DNA of 64,000 nt from Candidatus Heimdallarchaeota archaeon (GCA_019057815.1 JAHLWR010000001.1:96001-160000), one strand, 5' to 3'. Shown: positions 51,036 to 60,804, numbered from the stretch's first letter. Numbers and translations are program-made. The notes: generated from the sequence alone by a model not told the origin.

Positions 51036-52559
51036 TTAGCCTAAGCTTCCAATTTCTTTTTCAACTTCTTCAAGGATTTCACAAGATTTGACTAAAGCTT
51101 TCATATTTGTATGATCATCATATAATGGTCTGTCTATATCTAAGAATTCAACGTGTCTTCGAATAACTTCTTTAGCTTTAGTGACACCTTTACCAAATTG
51201 GAACTCTCTAAAGTCTAATGCCTGAGCTGCTGCCATTAGTTCAATGCCCAATACTCCATATGCATTATCCATTATTTGGAAGTTCTTAATAGCAGTATTC
51301 ATCCCCATGGATACAAAATCTTCTTGATCTGCTGCTGCTGCAATAGATTGAATACTCGCTGGCATTGATAAAATTCTCATCTCTACTATTTGCATATCTG
51401 CAGTATATTGGCTTAACATTAAACCTGACATTAAACCGGCTCCTTTTGATAAGAATGGAGGTAATCCTACACTTAAAGCTGGGTGGTTTAATCTATTCAT
51501 TCTACGTTCGGACATTACACAAACCATTGTAATAGCTGTACCAGCCATATCCATTGGCAAGCAAACAGGTGATCCTTGGAAATTAGCTCCTGTTAAAGTA
51601 ATTTTTTCATCCGGAAAGAAGACTGGATTATCCCCTACTCCATTTAATTCAATTTCAACTTGAGTTTGACACCATTCTAAGGCGTCATGTGCAGCTCCTA
51701 GTACTTGAGGTGCAGAACGCATAGAATAAGCATCTTGAACTTTAACCTTTAGTCTTGCTTCGAATAAATCTCCACCTTTGAAAAGTTTGGATAACGATTT
51801 TGCGCATCGTACTGCTCCTGGGAAACCACGAATTTCATGTAACATTGGAGTGTAAGGTTTCATATTTCCCATTAATGCTTCTATCGACATGGCACATGCG
51901 ATTTCAGCTTGTTTCATGAATCGCATAGCATCATACAAAAAGATAGCACTCATAGCAGTAAGAAGGTTAGAACCATTAATCGCGGCTAATCCATCTCTTG
52001 CCTTTAGACCAGGGACTTTGATGCCTGCTTTATCCATAGCTTCTTTACCATCAAGCAATTCCCCTTTATAATAGGCTTTTCCTTCACCCATTAATAATAA
52101 AGCAATTTGTGACATTGGGGCTAAATCACCAGATGCGCCAACAGATCCTTTCTGGCAGACGAAAGGAGTTAAGTCTTTATTTAACATTTCAACAAGTGTA
52201 TCAGCAATAATAGGTCTGTTTCCAGAATTACCATGAGCTAAAACATTAATTCGTCCCAACATTGCACCACGTACATATTCTAAAGGTGCGGGGTCTCCTA
52301 TACCAGCAGCATGGTTATAGATCAAATACTTTTGAAATAAACCAACTTCTTCATCAGAGAGAACAACTTCAGAGAATTCACCAATACCTGTATTGACACC
52401 GTACATGATCTCCTTTGCTTCAATCTTTTCTTCTAGCATTGCTCGACATTTTTTCATTCGCTCAATTGCATCTGGATGCAATTCTACTTTTTCGTTATAA
52501 CGTGCAACTTTGACAATATCTTCAATTGTTAGTCCTGAACCAGTAATTACATAGGTCAT
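51036..52559 (-). CDS. MIO-dependent aromatic amino acid ammonia-lyase (non-canonical, possibly Phe/Tyr)
   Basis: YGVNTGIG, GSVGASGDL, QDAYSMR, GANFQG, DQEDFVSMG; LIYNH in place of HAL SH. Confidence 0.85.
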   Translation of the reverse strand: MTYVITGSGLTIEDIVKVARYNEKVELHPDAIERMKKCRAMLEEKIEAKEIMYGVNTGIGEFSEVVLSDEEVGLFQKYLIYNHAAGIGDPAPLEYVRGAMLGRINVLAHGNSGNRPIIADTLVEMLNKDLTPFVCQKGSVGASGDLAPMSQIALLLMGEGKAYYKGELLDGKEAMDKAGIKVPGLKARDGLAAINGSNLLTAMSAIFLYDAMRFMKQAEIACAMSIEALMGNMKPYTPMLHEIRGFPGAVRCAKSLSKLFKGGDLFEARLKVKVQDAYSMRSAPQVLGAAHDALEWCQTQVEIELNGVGDNPVFFPDEKITLTGANFQGSPVCLPMDMAGTAITMVCVMSERRMNRLNHPALSVGLPPFLSKGAGLMSGLMLSQYTADMQIVEMRILSMPASIQSIAAAADQEDFVSMGMNTAIKNFQIMDNAYGVLGIELMAAAQALDFREFQFGKGVTKAKEVIRRHVEFLDIDRPLYDDHTNMKALVKSCEILEEVEKEIGSLG

Positions 52560-52728
52560 ATTCTAATTCCTCAATTTGGTTTTGAGAAATCTTTAAGCAC
52601 TCTGTTTAAAAATTTTTGTCCAAGTATCTGAATAAATCAAAGAAAATAGTTTTGCTATCATCAGAGTTTTCTTAATGGTAGGTAGCATAATGAATAAATA
52701 TTACAACCTCAAGAAATATTAGATAGCC

Positions 52729-54264
52729 ATGCACCAGGAAGTTACAGTTTTAGATGGAGATTCCTTAACTATTAATGATTTACTTGAAATTACACGTTTT
52801 GGAAAAAAAGTCAAAATCAGTGAGGAAGGCATAATAAAAATTGAAAAAGCAAGAAGAATTATTGAAGAGAAACTTGAGGAGAATGAAATCATTTATGGTG
52901 TTTCGACAGGTTTTGGAAAACTTACTAATACTATCATATCTCCATCTGAAAGAGAGACACTTCAAAAGAATCTTATTAAATCTCATAGTATTGGTTTTGG
53001 TCCTTATCTCCCTGATGAAATTGTCTTAGGTGCTATGGTTATAGAGCTTAATTCCTTTTGTACAGGAGGAAGTGGCATTCGAATTGAAACAGCTGAAATG
53101 CTTAAGAAGTTAGTCAATAAGAAAGTCATACCACTGGTACCTAGTATAGGCTCTTTAGGAGCTAGCGGAGATCTTATACCTCTTGCATATATAGCAAGAA
53201 TTCTCATAGGCGAAGGAGAAGCAAAATTAGAAAATGAGATACTCAAAGGTTCTGAAATTCTTTCAAAGCTTAATTTGTCTCCCATTGAATTACACGCTAA
53301 GGAAGGAATATCTCTAATTAACGGAACTCATGTACTTACTTCTTTCGCCGCACACACTGTTTTTGATTCTTTAAATATTTTGAGAAATTCAGTTATCTCA
53401 ATTGGTTTAACTTTAGAAGCATTTGAAGGTAACATCAATGCCTTCTCAGCATTTATTATGAATCTACGCCCTCATAAAGGACAAATAAGATTTGCTCAAG
53501 CAATTCTTGATGTTCTTGAAGGAAGCGATTTACTCATTAAACAACCAAAAAGAATTCAAGATCCTTACTCAATAAGATGTTCTCCACAAGTTCATGGAGC
53601 TATTTTAGATGCAGTTGAGCATTGTAAGAATCTAGTTGAAATTGAAATAAATTCAACAACTGATAATCCTCTGATTGACATAGAAACTTCAACAGTAGCT
53701 TCTGGGGGTAATTTTCATGGAGAGCCTATAGGGCTTGCTATGGATTATTTGTGCATAGCCATGACTGAGTTAGGGAACATCTCTGAAAGAAGAGTAAGTA
53801 TTCTATTAGATTCATCAATATCTGGACTTCCCTCCTTCTTGATAAAAAAACCTGGTCTAAACTCTGGATTAATGATGATACAATATGCTGATGCAGCTAT
53901 TTCTGCTGAAAACAAAGTTCTTGCATCTCCAGCTTCAATTGATAATGCTTCTGTATCAGCTAATCAAGAAGATCATGTTTCGATGGGTCTCACAGCAAGT
54001 AAAAAAGCTTACCAGATAGCCAAGAATGTTGTTCAAATGACAGCAATTGAAATTTATACAGCATACCAAGCTTTAGAGTATAGAGGAGATAGAGTTATTT
54101 CTAAATCATTAGAAAAAATATACTCACATATTAAGAACACCATTCCTCACCTTGAAGAAGATAGATACTATGATAAAGAAGTTGAATGGATCTCTGAGAA
54201 CATAGAGAGTACAAAATTTATTCAATTAGCAGAAGAAGAGTCAGAAAAACTTCTCGGTGATTAA
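52729..54264 (+). CDS. hutH: Histidine ammonia-lyase
   Basis: YGVSTGFG, LIKSH, GASGDL, QDPYSIRC, GGNFHG, NQEDHVSMG. Confidence 0.93.
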   Translation: MHQEVTVLDGDSLTINDLLEITRFGKKVKISEEGIIKIEKARRIIEEKLEENEIIYGVSTGFGKLTNTIISPSERETLQKNLIKSHSIGFGPYLPDEIVLGAMVIELNSFCTGGSGIRIETAEMLKKLVNKKVIPLVPSIGSLGASGDLIPLAYIARILIGEGEAKLENEILKGSEILSKLNLSPIELHAKEGISLINGTHVLTSFAAHTVFDSLNILRNSVISIGLTLEAFEGNINAFSAFIMNLRPHKGQIRFAQAILDVLEGSDLLIKQPKRIQDPYSIRCSPQVHGAILDAVEHCKNLVEIEINSTTDNPLIDIETSTVASGGNFHGEPIGLAMDYLCIAMTELGNISERRVSILLDSSISGLPSFLIKKPGLNSGLMMIQYADAAISAENKVLASPASIDNASVSANQEDHVSMGLTASKKAYQIAKNVVQMTAIEIYTAYQALEYRGDRVISKSLEKIYSHIKNTIPHLEEDRYYDKEVEWISENIESTKFIQLAEEESEKLLGD

Positions 54265-54266
54265 TA

Positions 54267-55127
54267 ATGAGATTCGCCATAATAGGGGACTTACACGGAT
54301 GTGTGAGCGACTTAAAAAGAATAAAGAGAAAAATTATGAAGTGCCAAGCTCTTTTTATCACAGGAGACATTGCGGGGACAATATCCTATTCTTTGATTCT
54401 CAAGTCCATTATTAAGAGTGGAAGAATCTCAAGGGAAAAATATATTGAATTGGTTTATGGACAATATCTTCATCAATTTACAGAATTTCAAATAAAAACT
54501 GCTGAAAAAATATTTGAGATCTTATTAGAAGTGAACATTCCAGTTTTCCTTACTCATGGAAATAGCGATACTAAAGGAGTTAGAGAACATCTAAAACTAT
54601 TAGCGAATGAAAAGTCAAATTCCATTTTCTATATTGGTAATTCAGTTGTTGAATATGATAATTGGGTTATAGTAGGTTATGGTTTCTGTTCTCCTGCAAA
54701 TTACAGAATGCCATTTCAAACACCAGGAGAAAAGGAGAAGGATGATATCAGAGAAGATCTTTCCAAATTGGAAATAAAAATTAAAGATCTTGAAACGAAG
54801 GATAATCACATCCTATTAGGTTTGTTCCATGAACCTCCAAAAGATTCCAATTTAGATTACATCCCAAAACAATCCGCACATTGTGGGAGTGAGCTTATTA
54901 GAGAGCATATTTCAAAAATGCATTATAATTATGTTTTTGCTGGACATGTTCATGAATCACAGAATTATGAGTACAAAAACAATCAGCTTTTGTTGAATCC
55001 AGGAGCACTAGTTGAAGGTAAATGGGCTATTATCAATATTAAAACTAGAGAAGTCGAGCTTCATAAATCACTTAGACGCCTTTCTTTTGGCAATTTAATT
55101 TATAAAATTCGTCATATTTTCAAATAA
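54267..55127 (+). CDS. Calcineurin-like metallophosphoesterase
   Basis: GDLHG, TGD, GNSD, HEPP, GHVHE, NPG. Confidence 0.88.
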   Translation: MRFAIIGDLHGCVSDLKRIKRKIMKCQALFITGDIAGTISYSLILKSIIKSGRISREKYIELVYGQYLHQFTEFQIKTAEKIFEILLEVNIPVFLTHGNSDTKGVREHLKLLANEKSNSIFYIGNSVVEYDNWVIVGYGFCSPANYRMPFQTPGEKEKDDIREDLSKLEIKIKDLETKDNHILLGLFHEPPKDSNLDYIPKQSAHCGSELIREHISKMHYNYVFAGHVHESQNYEYKNNQLLLNPGALVEGKWAIINIKTREVELHKSLRRLSFGNLIYKIRHIFK

Positions 55128-55184
55128 ACACACTGTTTAAACAAAAATTTTAAAAGGACTTAATTTAACTCAAATATAGTTAAT

Positions 55185-56321
55185 ATGATTCCTGTTGTAG
55201 ATGTTAATATTAGAGAAAAAGAAGTTGAAGCAGTTATTGAAGTTGTAAAAAGCCGTTACTTAGCTGAAGGGAAATTTGCTCGAGCTTTTGAGGAGAAATT
55301 TTCAGAATTTACTGGGGCAAAACATGTTGTAACAGCTGTAAACGGAACATGTTCATTACATATGGCTATTACAGCTTTAGATATAGGTCCCAAGGATGAG
55401 GTAATAACAACCCCTTTTACATTTATTGCGTCCTCAAATGTTATTTTCTTTAATGGTGCAATACCAATTTTTGCAGACATTAATCCTGAAACGTACAATA
55501 TTGATCCTGAAAAACTTGAAGAAAAAATTACTAACAAAACAAAAGCTATAATGCCTGTACACATTTTTGGTAACCCTTGTGATATGAAAGCTATAAAAGA
55601 TATAGCAGAAGATTATGACCTTAAAATTATAGAAGATTGTGCTCAAGCTCATGACGCTAAAATTGATGGAAAACATATGGGGAATTTTGGAGATTTGGGA
55701 TGTTTTTCGTTTTATGGTACAAAAAATTTAGTATCTGGTGAAGGTGGAGCAGTTATCTGTAATGATGAAACCATTTATGAAAAATTGAAAAGTATTAAAA
55801 ATCATGGTCGAAACCCAGTGGGAGGGTATTCGCATTACCGTATTGGCTACAATTATCGTATAACAGATATGGCTGCTGCTATTCTTTGTGTTCAAATAGA
55901 TAGAGCTAATGAGATATTGTCTAGAAGACATAGGAACGGTAAGATCTACAGGAATCTTCTCGGTGAAATTGAGAATTTACGTATACAAAAAATCTTACCA
56001 GGACATCAACACTCCGATTACATAATGGCGCCAGTACTCCTTAATGAAAAAAGGAAACCAAAAGAAGTCATTGAATATCTTAAATCAAAGGGTGTCAGTT
56101 CAAGAACTATATATGAAACCTTATCCTACGAACAAGACTGCTACAAGGATTTGTCTACTTGGCATATGTCACGAGTTATCAATTATCCTGATTATAGTAA
56201 GGTTTCTTGTCCCAATTCTGAATACACTGCCCGTAACCATTTTGAAATTCCTATGGTTTCTACTTTAACCGATGAAAAAATTCAATACATATCTCAAACA
56301 CTTAGAGAATTTTTGAAATAA
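55185..56321 (+). CDS. DegT/DnrJ/EryC1/StrS PLP aminotransferase
   Basis: NGT, IMPVHIFG, IEDCAQAH, FSFYGTKNL, GEGG, GYNYR. Confidence 0.93.
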   Translation: MIPVVDVNIREKEVEAVIEVVKSRYLAEGKFARAFEEKFSEFTGAKHVVTAVNGTCSLHMAITALDIGPKDEVITTPFTFIASSNVIFFNGAIPIFADINPETYNIDPEKLEEKITNKTKAIMPVHIFGNPCDMKAIKDIAEDYDLKIIEDCAQAHDAKIDGKHMGNFGDLGCFSFYGTKNLVSGEGGAVICNDETIYEKLKSIKNHGRNPVGGYSHYRIGYNYRITDMAAAILCVQIDRANEILSRRHRNGKIYRNLLGEIENLRIQKILPGHQHSDYIMAPVLLNEKRKPKEVIEYLKSKGVSSRTIYETLSYEQDCYKDLSTWHMSRVINYPDYSKVSCPNSEYTARNHFEIPMVSTLTDEKIQYISQTLREFLK

Positions 56322-56337
56322 CCTAAAATTATTTCAA

Positions 56338-56541
56338 ATGGGCAACTATTGGTCATGTTGGTCAGAGAGAGGTTCTTATGCTATTGATGGTTCAGCTGGT
56401 GCTGTTGACATATACCCACTTGATGAATATTTTAAACATTCTACAGATGAAACTCAAATATTTTTCACATCTACTCTACTAATGGTAGTAGTTTCTTTGC
56501 TACTCACAAGGATTATCTCAAAAAAAGCAAAGAAAAAATAG
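56338..56541 (+). other. Short ORF, probably the C-terminal anchor fragment of a surface protein
   Basis: Ends in a hydrophobic helix plus KKAKKK; no signal peptide; sits at the island border. Confidence 0.35.
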
Positions 56542-56836
56542 AACAGTTGTTAGAACCAATAGCAGTTAAAAGAATAAGTGCAGTTTCTGAAACCATTTTT
56601 ATCAATAAAATACTAGGAGAAACAAGAATATGAACTTTGTTATTTTTTTACATCACATTAAACACTACTAGCCAGTTTTAAGATTCAAATGATTTCGTAC
56701 TGTCATCATAAACAATAAGATGGAATATTCACAAACTTTCTTCATATTATCCTTTGGGAGAAATTTTAAACCTGTAAATATATTAAATAAGATCTAATAA
56801 TATGAGAATAGTCTGTATAGGGAAGAAAATCAATAA

Positions 56837-56890
56837 TGGAGTTAGTCTTGTCATGAATTGGTGATTCAGACAGTGAAGAAACTAACTCCA
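56837..56890. repeat. Nested inverted repeat / hairpin at the left edge of the skewed unit
   Basis: TGGAGTTAGT...ACTAACTCCA (perfect 10 bp) enclosing TGTC-A-TGAAT-tggtg-ATTCA-GACA. Confidence 0.8.
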
Positions 56891-57038
56891 AGAGAGAAGT
56901 AGACTAGAGGGTTAATAAGAATTAGCTAAAAAGAAAAAAGGGTTAATATAAAGAATTTATTACTTTCAATGGTCTATGGACGGTTTTGACACTAAAAGTT
57001 TAAGTGTACATAAGTATATGTTAACATGGTGATTCAAA

Positions 57039-57458
57039 GTGACAGTAGAGGAGTATCAAGAAGAAAGAAACAAGAAAGAAAGTAAGAAACTAAAAGGAAA
57101 ACCCTCATTTGCTATTTTATGGGTAAGTTACATACACAAGAGAGTAGAAGAAGAAATAGATTATATGATGAACCCATATGGAAGAACAGAAGTAAGAACA
57201 CAAACTTATGAGCGCAAAAGAGAGAGTATAAGAGGGATAAAGGAACTAGCAGAGAAATATATAGAATATATGCAAGAGGTAGAAAGAAACCCAGAAAGAT
57301 ATTCGAGCATATTTGACGAGTGGGAGAGTTTCAGAGTAAGGATAGTAGACCAAGAGGAAGAAGAGATAGAGATAAATCAGGAGATAATAGCAGAGAAAGC
57401 TGTAGAACATATAGAGATACAAGAGATAATAGAATTAGAAGAGGAGGGAGAAAGATGA
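57039..57458 (+). CDS. Hypothetical E-rich protein (mobile-element-like)
   Basis: GGTGAT SD then GTG; ATGA overlap with next gene. Confidence 0.7.
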   Translation: MTVEEYQEERNKKESKKLKGKPSFAILWVSYIHKRVEEEIDYMMNPYGRTEVRTQTYERKRESIRGIKELAEKYIEYMQEVERNPERYSSIFDEWESFRVRIVDQEEEEIEINQEIIAEKAVEHIEIQEIIELEEEGER

Positions 57459-57742
57459 GTTACGAAGAAATAGAAGAGATATGTGATGAGCTAAAAGTAG
57501 ATTCAATACCATTTTACAATGCGATAGAAATCAAAGGAAAAACAGTGATACTAGACAGAGAAAGACTAGAAGAAGAAATAGAAGCAAAAAAAGGAATGAC
57601 ATATGAAGAATTCAGAGAGTCAGAACATACAATAATGAACAATTCAGAAGAAGAGATAGAAAAGACAATAGACAAGTTAAGAAGCTATTACAAGGAAAAT
57701 CTTATCATTTTCATCAAGAAGAACACCAGAAGGGGGGAGTGA
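57455..57742 (+). CDS. Hypothetical protein (95 aa, MSYEEIEEIC...)
   Basis: ATG 57455 overlaps previous TGA, GGAGG SD; the longer track ORF start is likely spurious. Confidence 0.7.
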   Translation: MSYEEIEEICDELKVDSIPFYNAIEIKGKTVILDRERLEEEIEAKKGMTYEEFRESEHTIMNNSEEEIEKTIDKLRSYYKENLIIFIKKNTRRGE

Positions 57743-57743
57743 A

Positions 57744-58697
57744 GTGATAAGAGAGAAAGAAGAATACAAAAAGATACCAATAAGATTGAAGGGGACGAAC
57801 AAGACAACAAAAGCAAATCACAAGGGGAAGGAATGGGGAAGGAAACAGATACAAAAAGGAGGGAATTGTATGGATACAGTAAGAGGGTGTCCAGCGTATG
57901 AAGACCAAGAATATCCAAGATGTAGGTGGGATTGCTACTCGGAGGAAGCAGTGAGAAGATACAAGAAGATATTCGGAAAACCAGTAAAAATGATATTGAA
58001 AGAAGAGCTATTGAGAAAGGATCTGAAAAAGTGTAAAGAGAGATGGATAAGGATAGGAGTAGACGGAGCACCAAGCTGGGATTGGGAACTAACAACAAGA
58101 TGTGCGGAAATAGTAGCAGAGAAGGGAAAGACACCGGTAATAATAACAAGGATGTGGAAAAGACCAACAGAAAGACAAATAGAGAGAATGATAAGAAAAG
58201 AGACGATAATAAACATAACAGTGTCAGCAGTAGATGAAAAAGAGGAATTAATAGAAAGGATAAAGCTAGCAGAAGAATATCAAGAGAAAGGGGGGAAAGT
58301 AGCTTTAAGAGTAGTGACATTTGCGTTCAAAGAAAAAGATGAAAGATGGGAGAAACAAGGAGAATTGATGAGAGGGAAAATACCAACATTGGAACAACCA
58401 GCAAGAATATTGAGAAAGACAGAGAAAACAAGAAGAAAAAATTCAATGTGGGAAGAAGTAGAAAGGGAAAGGTATAAACCATACCAAAGTTATATGACGG
58501 GAAAAAAGAATGCGAGATGGAGAACAGCAGGGAAATTATACGAAGGAAAAGCATGCATATCAGCATGTCCAGAATGTGAAGTAAAATGTATGGTGGGAAT
58601 ATTCCAACAAGAGAAAAAACAAACCTTAGACTTCTTTTTGACGGAGCTAATCAGTGAATCACCAGAAGGAGAGATTTTGGGGAGTGTCAGTAGTTGA
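57744..58697 (+). CDS. Atypical radical-SAM-like Fe-S protein
   Basis: DTVRGC-x10-CRWDCY, IRIGVDGAPS, VIITR, INITVSAVD, LRV barrel-strand pattern; C-terminal CISACPECEVKC. Confidence 0.55.
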   Translation: MIREKEEYKKIPIRLKGTNKTTKANHKGKEWGRKQIQKGGNCMDTVRGCPAYEDQEYPRCRWDCYSEEAVRRYKKIFGKPVKMILKEELLRKDLKKCKERWIRIGVDGAPSWDWELTTRCAEIVAEKGKTPVIITRMWKRPTERQIERMIRKETIINITVSAVDEKEELIERIKLAEEYQEKGGKVALRVVTFAFKEKDERWEKQGELMRGKIPTLEQPARILRKTEKTRRKNSMWEEVERERYKPYQSYMTGKKNARWRTAGKLYEGKACISACPECEVKCMVGIFQQEKKQTLDFFLTELISESPEGEILGSVSS

Positions 58698-58717
58698 CAC
58701 TTCTCCTTCTCCTCAAA
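58677..58717. repeat. Hairpin over the stop codon at the right edge of the skewed unit
   Basis: AGTGTCA-gtagt-TGACACT core, extendable (tttgggg...cctcaaa; agaaggaga...tctccttct). Confidence 0.75.
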
Positions 58718-58841
58718 TGTGAAAGTATCCCTCTTTATATACTACATATAAGATTTATAAGTGAGAAAGAAAGTTCATTAAATCTTAGAGAGAAAGAATA
58801 AGAAGGAGAAAAAGTCTTAAACAGGAAAATTAACCATATTT

Positions 58842-59465
58842 ATGGAACAATGGCTAATCAATTTACTTTCAAATTTAACTGTTGTAACATTAAGTGGTTT
58901 ATTTGCTTTATATGTTATTCATCGTTATCAGAGAAATAAAGAACGGAGGGAATTAAAAACTGTTTTTTTAACAGAGATTTCTGAAATTTTTACACTTCTT
59001 AGGAATTTTAAATTGAATTTTTCAAATTGGGGAAAGTTGGTTTTTGTAGCTAATAAAGCATATTTTGGATTGCAACATGTGAAGAACGAAGACCAAAGAC
59101 AAATAATTAAAGAAATGTGGGCTACGAGTAATCAACATGCTAATGATGCTCATACTAATTTCTCAAAATATCAACTTCAGAATGATTTATTATTAAAAAA
59201 AATCGAACTAAATAGGAAAAAAAGACACATAATTTTGAGAAGAAAAAAACGAAAAGAAGAGTATGATTTTATGAAGGAATTAATTACTCTTTTAATGAAT
59301 TTGGGAAAAAAGAATTCTTCAATTGTTGAAGGAATAAGTAAAATGACAAAAGATGTGAGTGGTTTTACCGAAGAAAACATAAAGAAGGTAGAAAAAATTG
59401 CGGATGAGCTTATTAAAATATATCCAAAACTTAATTCATTTATTTTTAAGATGAAAATGAAGTAA
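58842..59465 (+). CDS. Hypothetical protein with N-terminal TM and helical body
   Basis: ORF integrity; N-terminal hydrophobic helix. Confidence 0.7.
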   Translation: MEQWLINLLSNLTVVTLSGLFALYVIHRYQRNKERRELKTVFLTEISEIFTLLRNFKLNFSNWGKLVFVANKAYFGLQHVKNEDQRQIIKEMWATSNQHANDAHTNFSKYQLQNDLLLKKIELNRKKRHIILRRKKRKEEYDFMKELITLLMNLGKKNSSIVEGISKMTKDVSGFTEENIKKVEKIADELIKIYPKLNSFIFKMKMK

Positions 59466-59476
59466 TTCTTCATTAC

Positions 59477-59715
59477 TCTTTTTTGGTTCTTCAAAATCTT
59501 TGCATCCCAATATTCTTGATTGGATTGTGGTCTTTTGTAACATTTTGGGCACCCATGCCAGAAACAACCATCACAAAATATTATAACTCGTTCTTTAGGA
59601 AAGACAATGTCAGGTTTACCTATGATTGGATAGTGAATCCTATACCTATACCCAAGATTCCATAAACTTGATCGTAGTTTAATCTCTATTTTTGTATCTT
59701 TTTCTCTCGATTCTT
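59477..59715 (-). pseudogene. vsr: Truncated very-short-patch repair endonuclease Vsr
   Basis: Minus strand KDTKIEIKLRSSLWNLGYRYRIHYPIIGKPDIVFPKERVIIFCDGCFWHGCPKCYKRPQSNQEYWDAKILKNQKR; in-frame TAA upstream with no start before the core, C-terminal GW..RFWE segment missing. Confidence 0.88.
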
Positions 59716-59787
59716 AAGAGATTTCAAGTTTTAGGCTTTGAAAAGCGCTTTTTTTATTATACAGAAACGTAGTACTATTGAATCAAC

Positions 59788-60054
59788 ATGAAAAACAATG
59801 AAAAAAAATATTATGAAAAAGTATGGAATGAGATAGAGAAAGAGTTAGATAGACAACACAATAGTCTGTGGAAAGAACATCAAGAACATATAGGAGATGA
59901 AAAAATGAAGAAATATGAAAAACAATGGAAAGAAATAGATGAAGAGTTAGCTAGACAACACGATATTCTATGGAAAGAACATCAAGAATATATAGAACTA
60001 TATAAATGGAAAATATACCGAATCCTTCTAGAATTTTTAACAGGTGATGAATAA
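59788..60054 (+). CDS. Small protein made of two 33-aa tandem repeats
   Basis: EKKYYEKVWNEIEKELDRQHNSLWKEHQEHI / EKMKKYEKQWKEIDEELARQHDILWKEHQEYI. Confidence 0.65.
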   Translation: MKNNEKKYYEKVWNEIEKELDRQHNSLWKEHQEHIGDEKMKKYEKQWKEIDEELARQHDILWKEHQEYIELYKWKIYRILLEFLTGDE

Positions 60055-60286
60055 AATAACACATTTTTCTTTTTTTTCTTGTTATTACCCTGTCTTTTTA
60101 TAATTTTCTTGTGGTAAGATTTTCAATCTGTTTCTGACCTAGGTTCTAATTCCGTAGAGGGATTTTTCAAATTATTATGCAAACTGAAAATGTATTACGC
60201 TGACCTTTTATTGATTTTTTTCTATTGATATATTATCAACTAGTGACATAAGAAAATCTATTAATCTGCTAGTATATAGTTTACTT

Positions 60287-60787
60287 ATGGTAGATTGGGA
60301 AGTTGCATTAGCTTTAGGAGCAAGTGGATTAACTTTTGTTTTATGGGTAATAACGACTTATTTATCATTTTTCAAGACTCGACCAAAACTAGTTGTTAAA
60401 GCTCCACGATATGTTGAGAAGAATAATGAATGGGCTATATATGTATACAATGAAGGTAATAGATCAACAAGAATGCTTGAACAAGAAACATATTTAATTG
60501 CTAAAGAAGGAAGGACTAAGACAATAATATATGGTAAATTTAGACCTGCAGATAGAGTAGATTATTTTGTTGCTGGTCCAGGAGCTTATCATAATTTCTA
60601 TACAATATATGAAAGAACCATATTGGATGATCTATTTGAAGGAATGAAAGCAAGAATCTACTTAGAAATGAAATATGATAATGGAAGAAAAACAAAAAGA
60701 TATAAGAAAAAAATCAAACTAGATCAAGAAGATTTTGAGAAATATAGAGAGAAATCAGAACAAGAGGATATTAATTGTAATGATTAA
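60287..60787 (+). CDS. Hypothetical TM-anchored beta-rich protein
   Basis: N-terminal TM, PKLVV...IYVYNEGNR pattern. Confidence 0.7.
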   Translation: MVDWEVALALGASGLTFVLWVITTYLSFFKTRPKLVVKAPRYVEKNNEWAIYVYNEGNRSTRMLEQETYLIAKEGRTKTIIYGKFRPADRVDYFVAGPGAYHNFYTIYERTILDDLFEGMKARIYLEMKYDNGRKTKRYKKKIKLDQEDFEKYREKSEQEDINCND

Positions 60788-60804
60788 ATAACGGTGATAA
60801 AGAG

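Noticed and set aside
988-56268. Numerous short antisense or overlapping ORFs in the track
   Set aside because: They overlap well-supported genes and have no recognisable motifs
56837-56890. Integron attC site
   Set aside because: Arms read GTTAG...CTAAC, the reverse of the RYYYAAC...GTTRRRY order; no repeated sites or integrase
57688-58566. Long Leu/Ser/Phe-rich minus-strand ORFs
   Set aside because: Shadows of the purine-skewed + strand genes; the pyrimidine-rich strand lacks stops
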